Assembly (NCBI GenBank): GCA_012520615.1
Contig: JAAYNX010000054.1
Span: 245-64,244, forward strand
Origin: Clostridiaceae bacterium
GTDB taxonomy: Bacteria > Bacillota > Clostridia > DSM-8532
DNA length: 64,000 nucleotides
Reading direction: 5' to 3'
Notes under the pieces: model-generated
The model's input: the letters and a program-made list of their open reading frames with translations, nothing else
The model's database searches: none
What the model was told of the DNA's origin: nothing
Shown here: in pieces, positions 18,701 through 26,315 of the stretch
How positions within the stretch are numbered: position 1 is the first letter of the stretch
How the letters are laid out: each line of letters opens with the position of its first letter
Made by a program: the position numbers and the translations under genes

Positions 18701-21146
18701 TCCCCGGATGAGTTCCCGAATAATCCGGCAGCGTGTTGGGGTGCATGGAAATGGAAAGCTCATCGGGAATCCCCGGCTCGACAGTGGTAGGAACAGCCAT
18801 CGTGGCTGACTGGGACCAAACGCTCTCGTTATTCCATGAGTCCCAAGCTGAAACCCAATATTTATAGGTACAGCCTTCTTCCACATCAATATCAAAATAT
18901 GCAAGATCGGGATGAGCAAGGCTGAACTCTGAAAGCAAAAGATGGTTGCTCTTTTTACGCTTAATCTTTTTGTACACTGGTTCTTCAGTAGCATAGGAAA
19001 TCTCAGGAGCTTGCTCGATTACCATTCCCGTGCCGCCTATGTTTTCTGCTTGTTCCTCTTGAGGCGGTTCAGGATTGCTGTAGGTAAGGTCAGCTAACAC
19101 CTCAGGCTTCCCAAACGGTTTGGCTCCCACAGCAACTGCTCGGTATATGGTAAAGCGTACGGTATCAGGTGAATCTGTATAGATTGGCAGCACTATTCCC
19201 CGTTTACCGGAGTTTGCACTTATTACCTGCTGTACTGCAGGTGACGGATCTACTGCATTGTCCGAACGTATGGGAGTGTCTATTGAGGGCGAGTTGGGCG
19301 GGGTTACTTTTTCTACTTTGAAGGTTATGGGGTCGGAATATTCGCTCATCCGTCCAAAAACGTCCAGAGAGCGTATACGGTATGTGGCTGTTCGCCCGTT
19401 ATCAACCGTATCCTCAAAAAACACAGGAGATTCAAAGAAGATATCAGTTTCGTCAAGTATGTATGAAACAGCTACCGGCTCATCGTTTATCTGTTTGAAT
19501 TCGTTCTCACCATCAAGCTTTCGCTCGATAAGGTATCCGCTCAGTATGCTTTTTTCCTCCGGGGTCTGGGCTTGCGTCCAACGCAGCGGCACCTTTCCAT
19601 CCAGGCCATAACCCATCAACCCTTCAGGTTTGGTCAGTTTATTTTCAATTCCTTTTGTAATGGAAAGAGATGATCTCCCTCCTTCCGGTGTCAAGACCTC
19701 ATATTTTATTTCGGTTCCATTAGGAAGGTTCAGTGAAGATAGATCATCCCGCAGCAAAAATCCTGCCTCTTTTGCAAACTCATCATCAACAAAGCTGAGA
19801 GTTGCCAGCTGCTGTCTTGCAACAAGAATAGAGTTAGCAAGCTCAAATTTTTCCGCTCCGCCCGGCTGAATCCCAATTTGGCTGATGCCGGTTATTGGTC
19901 TTGCTTGTCTGACAGAGAATCTTTCGAGAACAGACATACTTATTCCAGAGCTTAAGCCGGTTCCGTTCTGCCCGCCGGTTACATATATAGGCTGGCTCAG
20001 CATAAGGTCAACATAAGGAATTTTCTGTTCCATACTTGCGGGAATTGTAATAAGCGCATTTTTCATTTCTATATAATCCATTTCGCCGCTTATCCTTGGC
20101 TTCTGGGTCAAGGCATCACTTCGGCAAGCAGTATTTCTGAATTCCTCGGCGGTCATTTCAAGAACAGCTAGTTTTTCGGGTGTAAGTTCGGCTTGTTTGT
20201 AGAGGGCTTGTATCAAATCAGCATCGGACAGCGATAATTTTCCTGCCAGTGCTTGCATAGGTGAAGCCTGTTCCTGGGATATTAGCTCCCTTGCGCCATT
20301 AATCACACGATACAGCTTATAACCATTTTCAGGCAGCCAATCTCCTGAGGGAACCATATGAACAAATGTCTCGTCGGGTGATTGCCAGACGCCTTTCATA
20401 TTTATTGAGGCCGGAAACGAAACAAGGCGGTCATAGTCATATTCTTTAGGTGCAAGCAGACGCGATGTGGCATTTTTCAGTTCTGATATAGTCGCCTTCT
20501 GTTCTTCCAGAAGAATTTGCGGTACTGCATGTTCTCCTGTCACCTGAACGGCTACGCTTTTTGGAGGTTTTTTCACGACTTCATCCTCCGAAACACCCTC
20601 AGTATCTGAAACAACCCCGGTATTTGAAACATCATCGGTATCCGCGGTATCCTCGGTATTTGAAACATCCAAGGTATCTGAAGAAACACCGGAAGAACCG
20701 GTTTTTTCTTCCTGATTGTCCGGCACCTGACTGGCCTCTTTATCGGCAGAATCCTTAATATACTCCTGTTCTTGGTCTAACAGTACTGTTAGCTGCCGAT
20801 CCAAGCTGCGTAAACTATTTAGAGCTAGGCGGGAGTCTACAATGTCGGTGAGTTTTTTCGTATTTATCAGTTCTTTAGCAATCTCAGAATTTTTTAGCAG
20901 CACATCTACACTGGGAGAGTCGCTGTGAATAAGAGCCTCCAGTGTCTGAGGCTCTGACTCGGTTTCAGCTAGGATATATGACCTATCCGGTAAGTAAGAG
21001 AAGGCTTCTCTTGTAAATCCCCCACTAGCCCATAAAATGCCTGTTATGATAACAGCCAAACCAGAAAGAGTAATAACGAGGGAGAGAACCGGTTGCGTGC
21101 GAAATTGTGTAAATACCCAACGAGCAATATTTTTAATGATTTTCAT
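12768..21146 (-). CDS. Giant (2,792 aa) membrane-anchored surface protein: N-terminal TM helix, acidic repeat, ~7 FN3-like modules, Pro/Glu linker, 2 Ig-like modules, ~1,100-aa beta-rich C-terminal region of unknown family
   Basis: Single uninterrupted ORF with RBS CAGGAGATGG 6 nt before ATG 21146. Domain calls come from recurring sequence signatures in the translation (see findings). Function unknown. Confidence 0.85.
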   Translation of the reverse strand: MKIIKNIARWVFTQFRTQPVLSLVITLSGLAVIITGILWASGGFTREAFSYLPDRSYILAETESEPQTLEALIHSDSPSVDVLLKNSEIAKELINTKKLTDIVDSRLALNSLRSLDRQLTVLLDQEQEYIKDSADKEASQVPDNQEEKTGSSGVSSDTLDVSNTEDTADTDDVSNTGVVSDTEGVSEDEVVKKPPKSVAVQVTGEHAVPQILLEEQKATISELKNATSRLLAPKEYDYDRLVSFPASINMKGVWQSPDETFVHMVPSGDWLPENGYKLYRVINGARELISQEQASPMQALAGKLSLSDADLIQALYKQAELTPEKLAVLEMTAEEFRNTACRSDALTQKPRISGEMDYIEMKNALITIPASMEQKIPYVDLMLSQPIYVTGGQNGTGLSSGISMSVLERFSVRQARPITGISQIGIQPGGAEKFELANSILVARQQLATLSFVDDEFAKEAGFLLRDDLSSLNLPNGTEIKYEVLTPEGGRSSLSITKGIENKLTKPEGLMGYGLDGKVPLRWTQAQTPEEKSILSGYLIERKLDGENEFKQINDEPVAVSYILDETDIFFESPVFFEDTVDNGRTATYRIRSLDVFGRMSEYSDPITFKVEKVTPPNSPSIDTPIRSDNAVDPSPAVQQVISANSGKRGIVLPIYTDSPDTVRFTIYRAVAVGAKPFGKPEVLADLTYSNPEPPQEEQAENIGGTGMVIEQAPEISYATEEPVYKKIKRKKSNHLLLSEFSLAHPDLAYFDIDVEEGCTYKYWVSAWDSWNNESVWSQSATMAVPTTVEPGIPDELSISMHPNTLPDYSGTHPGIIQPDIITYADLDASATANIPTRPCPAGAYPDTLINAKNEGAQIGNFLIAGSVASKILDESYGNLPDDRYIHMLLAVRGEDVLPDGTARLKWPVYNGEGLGGYVIYRPLFEPEPLEEMQNMSRTELLRMGRWRRVNESAVTQNQMVVGGLSNEPGRLSLFLVCLEPEITFSYELSTMENPYLEYANAFIGAEGIPDAPEGGYVYVNWEIPDDPQVDYYRIYRSEVSSFKKPIDESTLEWTLVGDNLKIPKYTERVEQSFAHYYYYKVTSVSLWGVESAVGRVQRFRVPSTKPPETPNLLLPLSRKDGVQINFSAVSHCDRYEIYRAAIPVISDKVYFEMLNDNPEVLSGLFEPPSQADVFMTGILEKSLNPGSLPATAAQGAGILPVSRFKTIPFAKSSSITENIASLGKQSALDAYNQILDRFGPLALADYKDLSERMLGKIVWTKVGELSADEDTTEAVDPATGLLKPLSIIDTTARYGVKYLYTVQAWNDDNLGSSRPEPVEATPRRNRPFDPIDGLTGEIVDNVPHLSWNLARMSPLTPDQCLADTVGYIVYRSDKKDGTYYQASPLLFEPKWKDTEADIFAFNWYKVKVLDTGGYLSEFSEPIMVSLPFVSDLKTIIPVNPVENQIPDDPLENQIPEDPLESETPEIPEMDPPEIEIPEDLPEPAGTAPKITVAEKEFNTFEGISYSVQYELTGTVPITVSASVKDATGNSIKEFSIDKGARKFISDSSLKAGVYTVTLKAKNDFGEHTDSFTLKVSRKLEVGEVPKLDERSDQYSFKMITRSKDLKVKLNATGTKPLSWCLEPVSPRMNVPSQASIDSSGLLTVSKFIDPGKYRFVVRVTNSYGTDSKEISLNVTSLSTPNTPEKPKETTVPLDPLGLAYNGGDLKALSVSADQSPMLTAASTASQSPVPYVAPPAVSGYEEFNSDLVYCMNFRLTEVKLKKPVNSQRYSGTAKLDIGYETTIPVVIDEAEITKGSNYDTMYRGYAYITAPVELPSIGVKLVSLAVAPHMGRAEVSGYIKSTFNRNLVGDMYALEFEDAELQVGNIIVDKKLPVIRYEQFILQNHREIWIRLNGKQLNAKDLITLVGGKVIMKSHLETLNNEGLEFIPATNLKFDLQGRMSGSIMVDKEQSLQLLAPGGAALRVDFAALVFVDGEVLSGGYLSGKMVLPFEQEGVTGEDVPATYVGGHPKTNEMDELAAGNLTDLLEAAMRAGLIQFGETVQQNGLLIVPDDFSLQDKCSWIPIEVNDWTGKGFVMENSHMSPTRITERSLDTSTQRAQAMVVAPTGVTVDLDREGFLPKQGGSQTPNETEKPFWVGLIIKSGTLKLPPDFIQRDGGGAIDFKLAEGEMIYDLNGFNYQTYLYNTEGVPADFGEKLGGFNEVIVYDCLLDLYANRVNLEINAEARVDLLQNNWLKVKLYTNKEDNEDGKKGAFLCSVAPTMIEDALANDIDIKIDGGFFKEDGLHISGGLKLPERDAPVAGISSAEILAFSDMVIPADKTLAGNKTDALGRKYTTAFLTRPVNIDFEGFPMEIRRFELVHRESGAVRMNLYGATLLSDIIALSSDTTDQLIIECPAVLGNPKVIYDESLSVLETSFDGCVDVSGVLVPKKVQNAGGLVEFDTKELNFNFLQQLKGMPIKAETRFGYDEQNDRCYFAVGLVPGSQGGKISLGAGEVRNFTGMVTYNMEISRDEQQRFEFPNQAGHMKGFIENLHVHQGSDSTFAAGIRGTLEVSRLCEIRDLYFGFERGPSVSASGSLYLPLSISSVIEGDGGFTKVGSAAIRYSHPDRYFSFSMTLDRINLLLAEVGGSLGFEYSPRLFGVYLGYPETLVGNIGIFHLGMGVGFRIDEGGDSMVQAKMELGLDKSVEVFIVYLRGYLYAGADGAYYFADNSFTLELYLKGGIEGGIKVGSKKFNIISFYLDARGKIGSAYPFDCWSLACSCTVSYSLDLWLFEVEGSVNASFDTSIDWKSA

Positions 21147-21403
21147 GCTTTACCATCTCCTGTTTATGTTTAGTTTATAATGTTAAACGAATCACTCTTA
21201 TTAAAAATTTTCTTCGTTCTCATGGCAACACTTCCTGACTAATCCAATTTTACATATTAAGAATCAAATTTAGGTAGCTACTAAAATTGGTAGGGGGCAA
21301 AAATCATCCTAAGGGTCAATCCTTTATAAAGCCATCAAAAGACTGTAGGATAACTATTTTAAGCGATTAATAGGATGCAGGATTGAAAGAAAAGCATAAA
21401 TAT

Positions 21404-21448
21404 AAAAGGGCTGTTTCAAAACCCAAAATGGTTCTGAAACAGCCCTTT
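21404..21448 (-). terminator. Intrinsic terminator after rnj
   Basis: GGGCTGTTTCA / TGAAACAGCCC 11-bp stem. A T-run follows on the minus strand (AAAAGGG on plus), 13 nt past the rnj stop. Confidence 0.8.
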
Positions 21449-21460
21449 ATTATTCCCCGT

Positions 21461-23140
21461 TCAAGCTCCGGGTTCAATCTCGACAATAACAGGAATTATC
21501 ATAGGCCTTCTCATTGTTTTCCGGTACAAGAAATTGTTCAGTTCATCCTTGATGGCATTTTTAATTGTAGAAAAGCTTCCGTTCTTTTTACTGCCACATT
21601 TTAAAATAGTATCTTTTGCTATATTCTTTACCTCTTCGATGAGTTCTTCCGATTCCTTCATATACACAAAACCTCTGGACATAACCTCAACATTAGCTAA
21701 AAGATTACCCTTTTTATCCATAGTAGCAATAATCATCATGAGTCCGTCCTCAGAAAGAATTTTACGGTCTCTTAAGACAACATCTCCCACGTCGCCTACA
21801 CCTAAACCGTCTACAAGGATGCCTCCAGATTGTACACTGCCATTTAAAGTGGCTGTCCTGCCTGTCACCTCCAAAACTTTACCGTTTTGCATAATGAAGA
21901 TATCTTTCTCTTCCATACCCAGTGACATAGCAAGTTTTGCATGCTTCTTCAGCATTCTGTACTCTCCGTGACCCGGCATAAAAAACTTCGGTTTTATAAG
22001 GCTAAGCATTAGCTTGAGTTCTTCCTGTTTGCCATGGCCGGAGACATGAGTTTCTGCCAGCGAGTCATAAATAACATCAGCGCCTTGTTTGAAAAGGTCG
22101 TCAATAACTCTATAAACCAATTTTTCATTTCCGGGTATGGGGGTCGCCGATATGATAACCAAGTCTCCTTCGGTTATCACAACCTTTTTATGGGTTGATG
22201 CAGCTATCCGAGCCAAAGCCGACATAGGTTCACCCTGGCTGCCCGTAGTAATTATAACAACCTGCTCCGGATTAAGACTTTTTATTTTGTCTATATCAAT
22301 CATGGTATCCGCCGGAACAGTTAAATATCCGAGTTTTGTGGCTGTATTTACCACGTTAAGCATACTTCTGCCAACCAATGCCACTTTTCTGCCATACTTC
22401 ACAGCCGAATTGATTATTTGCTGGACGCGGTGAATGTTTGAAGCGAAGCTTGCCACTATAATCCTGCCTTTGGCTCCTCTGAAAATATTGTCAAAGGTAT
22501 CACCCACAGTTTTTTCAGACATTGTATAACCAGGCCTTTCCACGTTGGTGCTGTCTGAAATAAGCAGAAGTACTCCCTTTTTCCCCAACTCAGCAATACG
22601 TGCTAAATCAATTGGATCACCTTCAATAGGAGTCTGGTCAATTTTGAAATCACCTGTATGGAATACCATTCCAACGGGGGTATTAATGGCCATTGCAACA
22701 GAGTCGGCAATGCTATGATTTGTGTGAATGAACTCAACCTTAAAAGGTCCTAACTGTATTGTCTGGCCTGCTTTTATCTTACGAAGTTCTACCGGTTCAT
22801 TTAGTTCGTGCTCAGCAAGTTTGTTTTCAATCAAGCCAATAGTCAGCTCCGTACCGTAAACCGGTACATTTACCCGTTTCAATACATACGGAATAGCTCC
22901 TATATGGTCCTCATGCCCGTGAGTGACCAGAATTCCATGAACTTTTTCAATGTTTTTTTCTAAATAAGTAACGTCAGGAATAACAAGATCTATACCGAGC
23001 ATTTCATCCTCAGGAAATGCAAGCCCACAATCTACAACTATGATATTCTCTCCGTATTCAAACACTGTTATATTCTTTCCAATTTCCTCCATACCACCTA
23101 AGGGTATAATCTTTAGTTTGTTCTTTCTCTTTGTCGCCAC
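21461..23140 (-). CDS. rnj: Ribonuclease J
   Basis: 559 aa with a metallo-beta-lactamase HGHEDHIG motif plus beta-CASP and C-terminal domains. GTG start with GGAGGT 5 nt upstream. Confidence 0.92.
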   Translation of the reverse strand: MATKRKNKLKIIPLGGMEEIGKNITVFEYGENIIVVDCGLAFPEDEMLGIDLVIPDVTYLEKNIEKVHGILVTHGHEDHIGAIPYVLKRVNVPVYGTELTIGLIENKLAEHELNEPVELRKIKAGQTIQLGPFKVEFIHTNHSIADSVAMAINTPVGMVFHTGDFKIDQTPIEGDPIDLARIAELGKKGVLLLISDSTNVERPGYTMSEKTVGDTFDNIFRGAKGRIIVASFASNIHRVQQIINSAVKYGRKVALVGRSMLNVVNTATKLGYLTVPADTMIDIDKIKSLNPEQVVIITTGSQGEPMSALARIAASTHKKVVITEGDLVIISATPIPGNEKLVYRVIDDLFKQGADVIYDSLAETHVSGHGKQEELKLMLSLIKPKFFMPGHGEYRMLKKHAKLAMSLGMEEKDIFIMQNGKVLEVTGRTATLNGSVQSGGILVDGLGVGDVGDVVLRDRKILSEDGLMMIIATMDKKGNLLANVEVMSRGFVYMKESEELIEEVKNIAKDTILKCGSKKNGSFSTIKNAIKDELNNFLYRKTMRRPMIIPVIVEIEPGA

Positions 23141-23549
23141 ATTAAACCTCCGAAGTTAATAATTTAGTCTTTCTTTCTAAGAAAGAGTATAGTCCGTCAT
23201 TTAGTAAGATTGTTTTTACTAAAAAAACATCTTATTTTATTTATAGATCTGCGCTCAAATTAATTGTCCTTGATTCTTGAATAATCTTAATTTTTATCCT
23301 ACACACGGAAATAAACCCTTTAGTAAAACCCGCTGACCCGTTTTACTAAAGAATTCAATAAGACTCTCAAGTATCTTTCAGAGTATAACTTAAGCAAAAA
23401 TAAAATCTAATCAAAAGAGCTCTCTGCTCTTAAACATCTAACTTTAAGCTATTATAATTACACCTTTTCAAGTATAATAACCATAGCGCCTATTTATTTA
23501 TACCATATATTGTATTATTTCACCAGTAATACTTTTTTGGAGCATGTTT

Positions 23550-24764
23550 ATGAAGCTTATTCTTCCCAAAAATATAGCCGATATTATCACATCCATCAAT
23601 AATAGTGGTTTTGAAGCCCACATCGTAGGTGGTTGTGTACGTGACATGCTCATAAACAAAACTCCTACCGATTGGGACATTACCACCAATGCAAGCCCCA
23701 ATACAATAAAAAGCATGTTCCCGAAAACCATTGATACAGGTATTAAGCACGGTACAGTAACAGTTTTGTATAATGGCATATCGGTCGAAGTTACAACCTG
23801 GCGCAAAGAAACCAGTTATAGTGATCATCGGCGTCCTGACCGCATTTGCTTAACTGATTCTTTAACTGAAGATCTTGCTCGCAGAGATTTTACTATGAAC
23901 GCCATAGCGTATCATCCAAAAGAAGGGCTTGTTGATCCATTTGGCGGTGTTACTGATATCTCCAACAGAATCATAAGGTGTGTTGGAAATCCATTTGAAC
24001 GTTTTTCAGAAGATGCATTAAGAATGCTCCGTGCAATCCGTTTTTCAGCTCAATTGGATTTTAATATTGACAAATGTACGTTTTCATCAATTAACCAACT
24101 TTCCGGTGATCTTATTCACATAAGCAAGGAGAGAATCCAATCTGAAATAAATAAAATTCTTGAATCTAAATTCCCTCAAAAAATCTCTTTGCTTTGGGAT
24201 TCGGGGCTCAGCAAGATAATATTTCCCGGAGTTGAAAAGCTCCCTAGTAACTGGTTTGAAACAATAAAACACTTTATCGGTTCAGAAAACCAAAAGATAA
24301 TCAATTTATCTTTAATATTTTATATTTCATGCAAGGAAGATGAACTTTCTTGTGCCAAACAATACTTAACTTTGAATAAATATGACGGCAAAACCCGTCG
24401 CGGTGTCGTGAACCATATTAAATGTCTTAATGGAATAGGCCCGTTAACCCCAAGAAACATTAGAAAATCAGTTTCAGAATACGGAGTCAGTGTAACTGCC
24501 AACACAATGAAGATATTAAATATTCTGCAATCCATAAATAAGAATAAAACTTTATACGCATACGGCGAAGTTAAAACCGCTCCTATAATTCCCGCTATAT
24601 CCGGCAGTGACCTTATAGAACTGGGCTTTGAAGGAAGAGCTATAAAGGACATGTTGAATATTATCCTGTTGTGTCTCTATGAAAATCCCAGTTTAAATAA
24701 CAAAGAGCTCTTAATCCTATTGGTAAAAAGTATTATGGCTTCCATTCGGTTTTTTTGTAAATAA
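23550..24764 (+). CDS. cca: CCA-adding tRNA nucleotidyltransferase (poly(A) polymerase/CCA family)
   Basis: HIVGGCVRDMLINKTPTDWDITT and RRDFTMNA motifs. Start is either ATG 23544 or ATG 23550; 23550 has better RBS spacing. Confidence 0.85.
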   Translation: MKLILPKNIADIITSINNSGFEAHIVGGCVRDMLINKTPTDWDITTNASPNTIKSMFPKTIDTGIKHGTVTVLYNGISVEVTTWRKETSYSDHRRPDRICLTDSLTEDLARRDFTMNAIAYHPKEGLVDPFGGVTDISNRIIRCVGNPFERFSEDALRMLRAIRFSAQLDFNIDKCTFSSINQLSGDLIHISKERIQSEINKILESKFPQKISLLWDSGLSKIIFPGVEKLPSNWFETIKHFIGSENQKIINLSLIFYISCKEDELSCAKQYLTLNKYDGKTRRGVVNHIKCLNGIGPLTPRNIRKSVSEYGVSVTANTMKILNILQSINKNKTLYAYGEVKTAPIIPAISGSDLIELGFEGRAIKDMLNIILLCLYENPSLNNKELLILLVKSIMASIRFFCK

Positions 24765-24784
24765 CAGGCAATAACGAAAAGAAA

Positions 24785-24807
24785 AGGGCTGTTAGAAACA
24801 GCCCCTT
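24785..24807. terminator. Hairpin terminator between convergent cca and fba
   Basis: GGGCTGTT/AACAGCCC stem. The T-run is best on the minus strand (serving fba). Confidence 0.65.
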
Positions 24808-24829
24808 ACATCTTTGTAAAAATAATAAA

Positions 24830-25759
24830 TTATGCTTTACCTGCACATCCGAGAACATTGATAAGCTTATTTTTTACAAGCTTCTTAATCTCTGAACGAG
24901 CTGGGCCTAAATATTTTCTGGGGTCAAACTCGCCGGGATTCTCAACAAATACTTTGCGAATGGATGCTGTCATAGCAAGACGAAGGTCTGAGTCTATATT
25001 GATCTTACAAACTGCCATTGACGCAGCCTTTCTTAGCATTTCCTCTGGAACACCCTTTGCACCAGGCATTTTCCCACCGAATTGATTTATCATGTCAACA
25101 TACTCTGGAATAACAGAGGATGCACCATGAAGAACAATCGGGAAGCCAGGTAGTCTTTTTTCGACTTCTTCAAGGATATCGAAGCGAAGGTGAGCTTCAC
25201 CGGTAAATTTGAATGCACCGTGGCTTGTTCCGATAGCTATTGCCAAGGAATCAACTCCGGTACGGGATACAAACTCTTCTACCTCTTCTGGTCTGGTGTA
25301 AGAAGAATCTTCAGCAGAAACATTAATATCATCCTCAACACCTGCAAGACGTCCAAGTTCGCCTTCAACAGTTACGCCATGAGCATGAGCATAATCAACT
25401 ACTTTCTTTGTAAGAGCAATGTTTTCTTCAAATGAAAGATGTGAGCCATCGATCATAACGGAAGTAAAACCGCCGTCAATACATGACTTACAAAGTTCAA
25501 AGGAATCACCATGATCCAAGTGAACAGCTATTGGTAGATCTGTCTCTGCGAGAGCAGCCTCTATCAATTTCATAAGATAAGTATGATTTGCATACTTTCT
25601 TGCTCCGGAAGAAACTTGCAAAATCAAAGGAGCATTAACTTCCTTCGCTGCTTCAGTTATTCCTTGGACGATTTCCATGTTGTTTACATTGAAGGCTCCG
25701 ATTGCATATCCGCCTTCATACGCCTTCTTGAACATATCAGTAGTATTTACAAGTGGCAT
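24830..25759 (-). CDS. fba: Fructose-1,6-bisphosphate aldolase, class II
   Basis: 309 aa starting MPLVNTTDMFKKAYEGGYAIGAFNVNNME, with HLDHG and GTSHGAFK motifs. Isolated from the sugar island and of housekeeping type. Confidence 0.9.
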   Translation of the reverse strand: MPLVNTTDMFKKAYEGGYAIGAFNVNNMEIVQGITEAAKEVNAPLILQVSSGARKYANHTYLMKLIEAALAETDLPIAVHLDHGDSFELCKSCIDGGFTSVMIDGSHLSFEENIALTKKVVDYAHAHGVTVEGELGRLAGVEDDINVSAEDSSYTRPEEVEEFVSRTGVDSLAIAIGTSHGAFKFTGEAHLRFDILEEVEKRLPGFPIVLHGASSVIPEYVDMINQFGGKMPGAKGVPEEMLRKAASMAVCKINIDSDLRLAMTASIRKVFVENPGEFDPRKYLGPARSEIKKLVKNKLINVLGCAGKA

Positions 25760-25874
25760 AAAAATTCAACTCCTTTTGTATTAAGATTCGTGAAAAAAAT
25801 CACATTTAACCAGTATAATTGTATCAGAATCATACTATAAAGCAAGACAAAGCTTTAAAGTATTGATCCATTCT

Positions 25875-26210
25875 CTATTTCAGAATATCTGCATCCAGAA
25901 CTTCTTCAATAGTATAATTATCTTTTTCTGTGAATTTAACTCTTACAGGTGAAATATTTTTTTCGAAAGGAACAAAATATATAATACCTTTTGACCTAAT
26001 ATCAATTCTTATTCTGTCGAAGACATCTGTCTGCAGTATGCTGATTATTTCTATCACATAATCCACAGGATTATGGTTTGTCTTAGCCTTGATAACTATT
26101 GGAAGACCACCACTGTTTTCCGGAGGATAAACTGTTACATGGGCACTTCCGGGCTCCAGTGGGTTTTGTGTTGGGTATAAAATATACCTTTCAAACATTG
26201 CTTTATTCAT
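25875..26210 (-). CDS. Hypothetical protein (111 aa)
   Basis: ORF 25875..26249. Start moved to MNKAMFERY (ATG 26210), which has GAAGGGA upstream. No family recognised. Confidence 0.5.
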   Translation of the reverse strand: MNKAMFERYILYPTQNPLEPGSAHVTVYPPENSGGLPIVIKAKTNHNPVDYVIEIISILQTDVFDRIRIDIRSKGIIYFVPFEKNISPVRVKFTEKDNYTIEEVLDADILK

Positions 26211-26315
26211 AATAACATCCCTTCGTATAAACAAAGTTTTCTCTGCCATTAAATCCAGTTTACATTATTTGACGGCTGGAAACAAGTATTTTGTTTATGT
26301 CATAAAACACTATTA

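Noticed and set aside
16690-20696. Short tandem DNA repeats that superficially resemble a repeat array
   Set aside because: They are in-frame coding repeats of the giant protein (acidic and Pro/Glu linkers). There is no spacer/repeat periodicity of CRISPR type and there are no cas genes.
13568-20758. Many plus-strand ORFs of 60-186 aa inside the giant gene (e.g. 13987-14532, 14614-14979, 15082-15492, 15456-15836, 16943-17503, 19258-19611), plus small same-strand alternate-frame ORFs
   Set aside because: These are shadow ORFs inside a long, GC-richer coding region. Their translations are low-complexity (S/P/R-rich), they lack RBSs, and they overlap an uninterrupted 8.4-kb ORF with coherent domain structure.
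23498-23828. Two overlapping 102-aa minus-strand ORFs
   Set aside because: They are antisense to the 5' part of cca, which has clear family motifs in the plus frame. No RBS is present.
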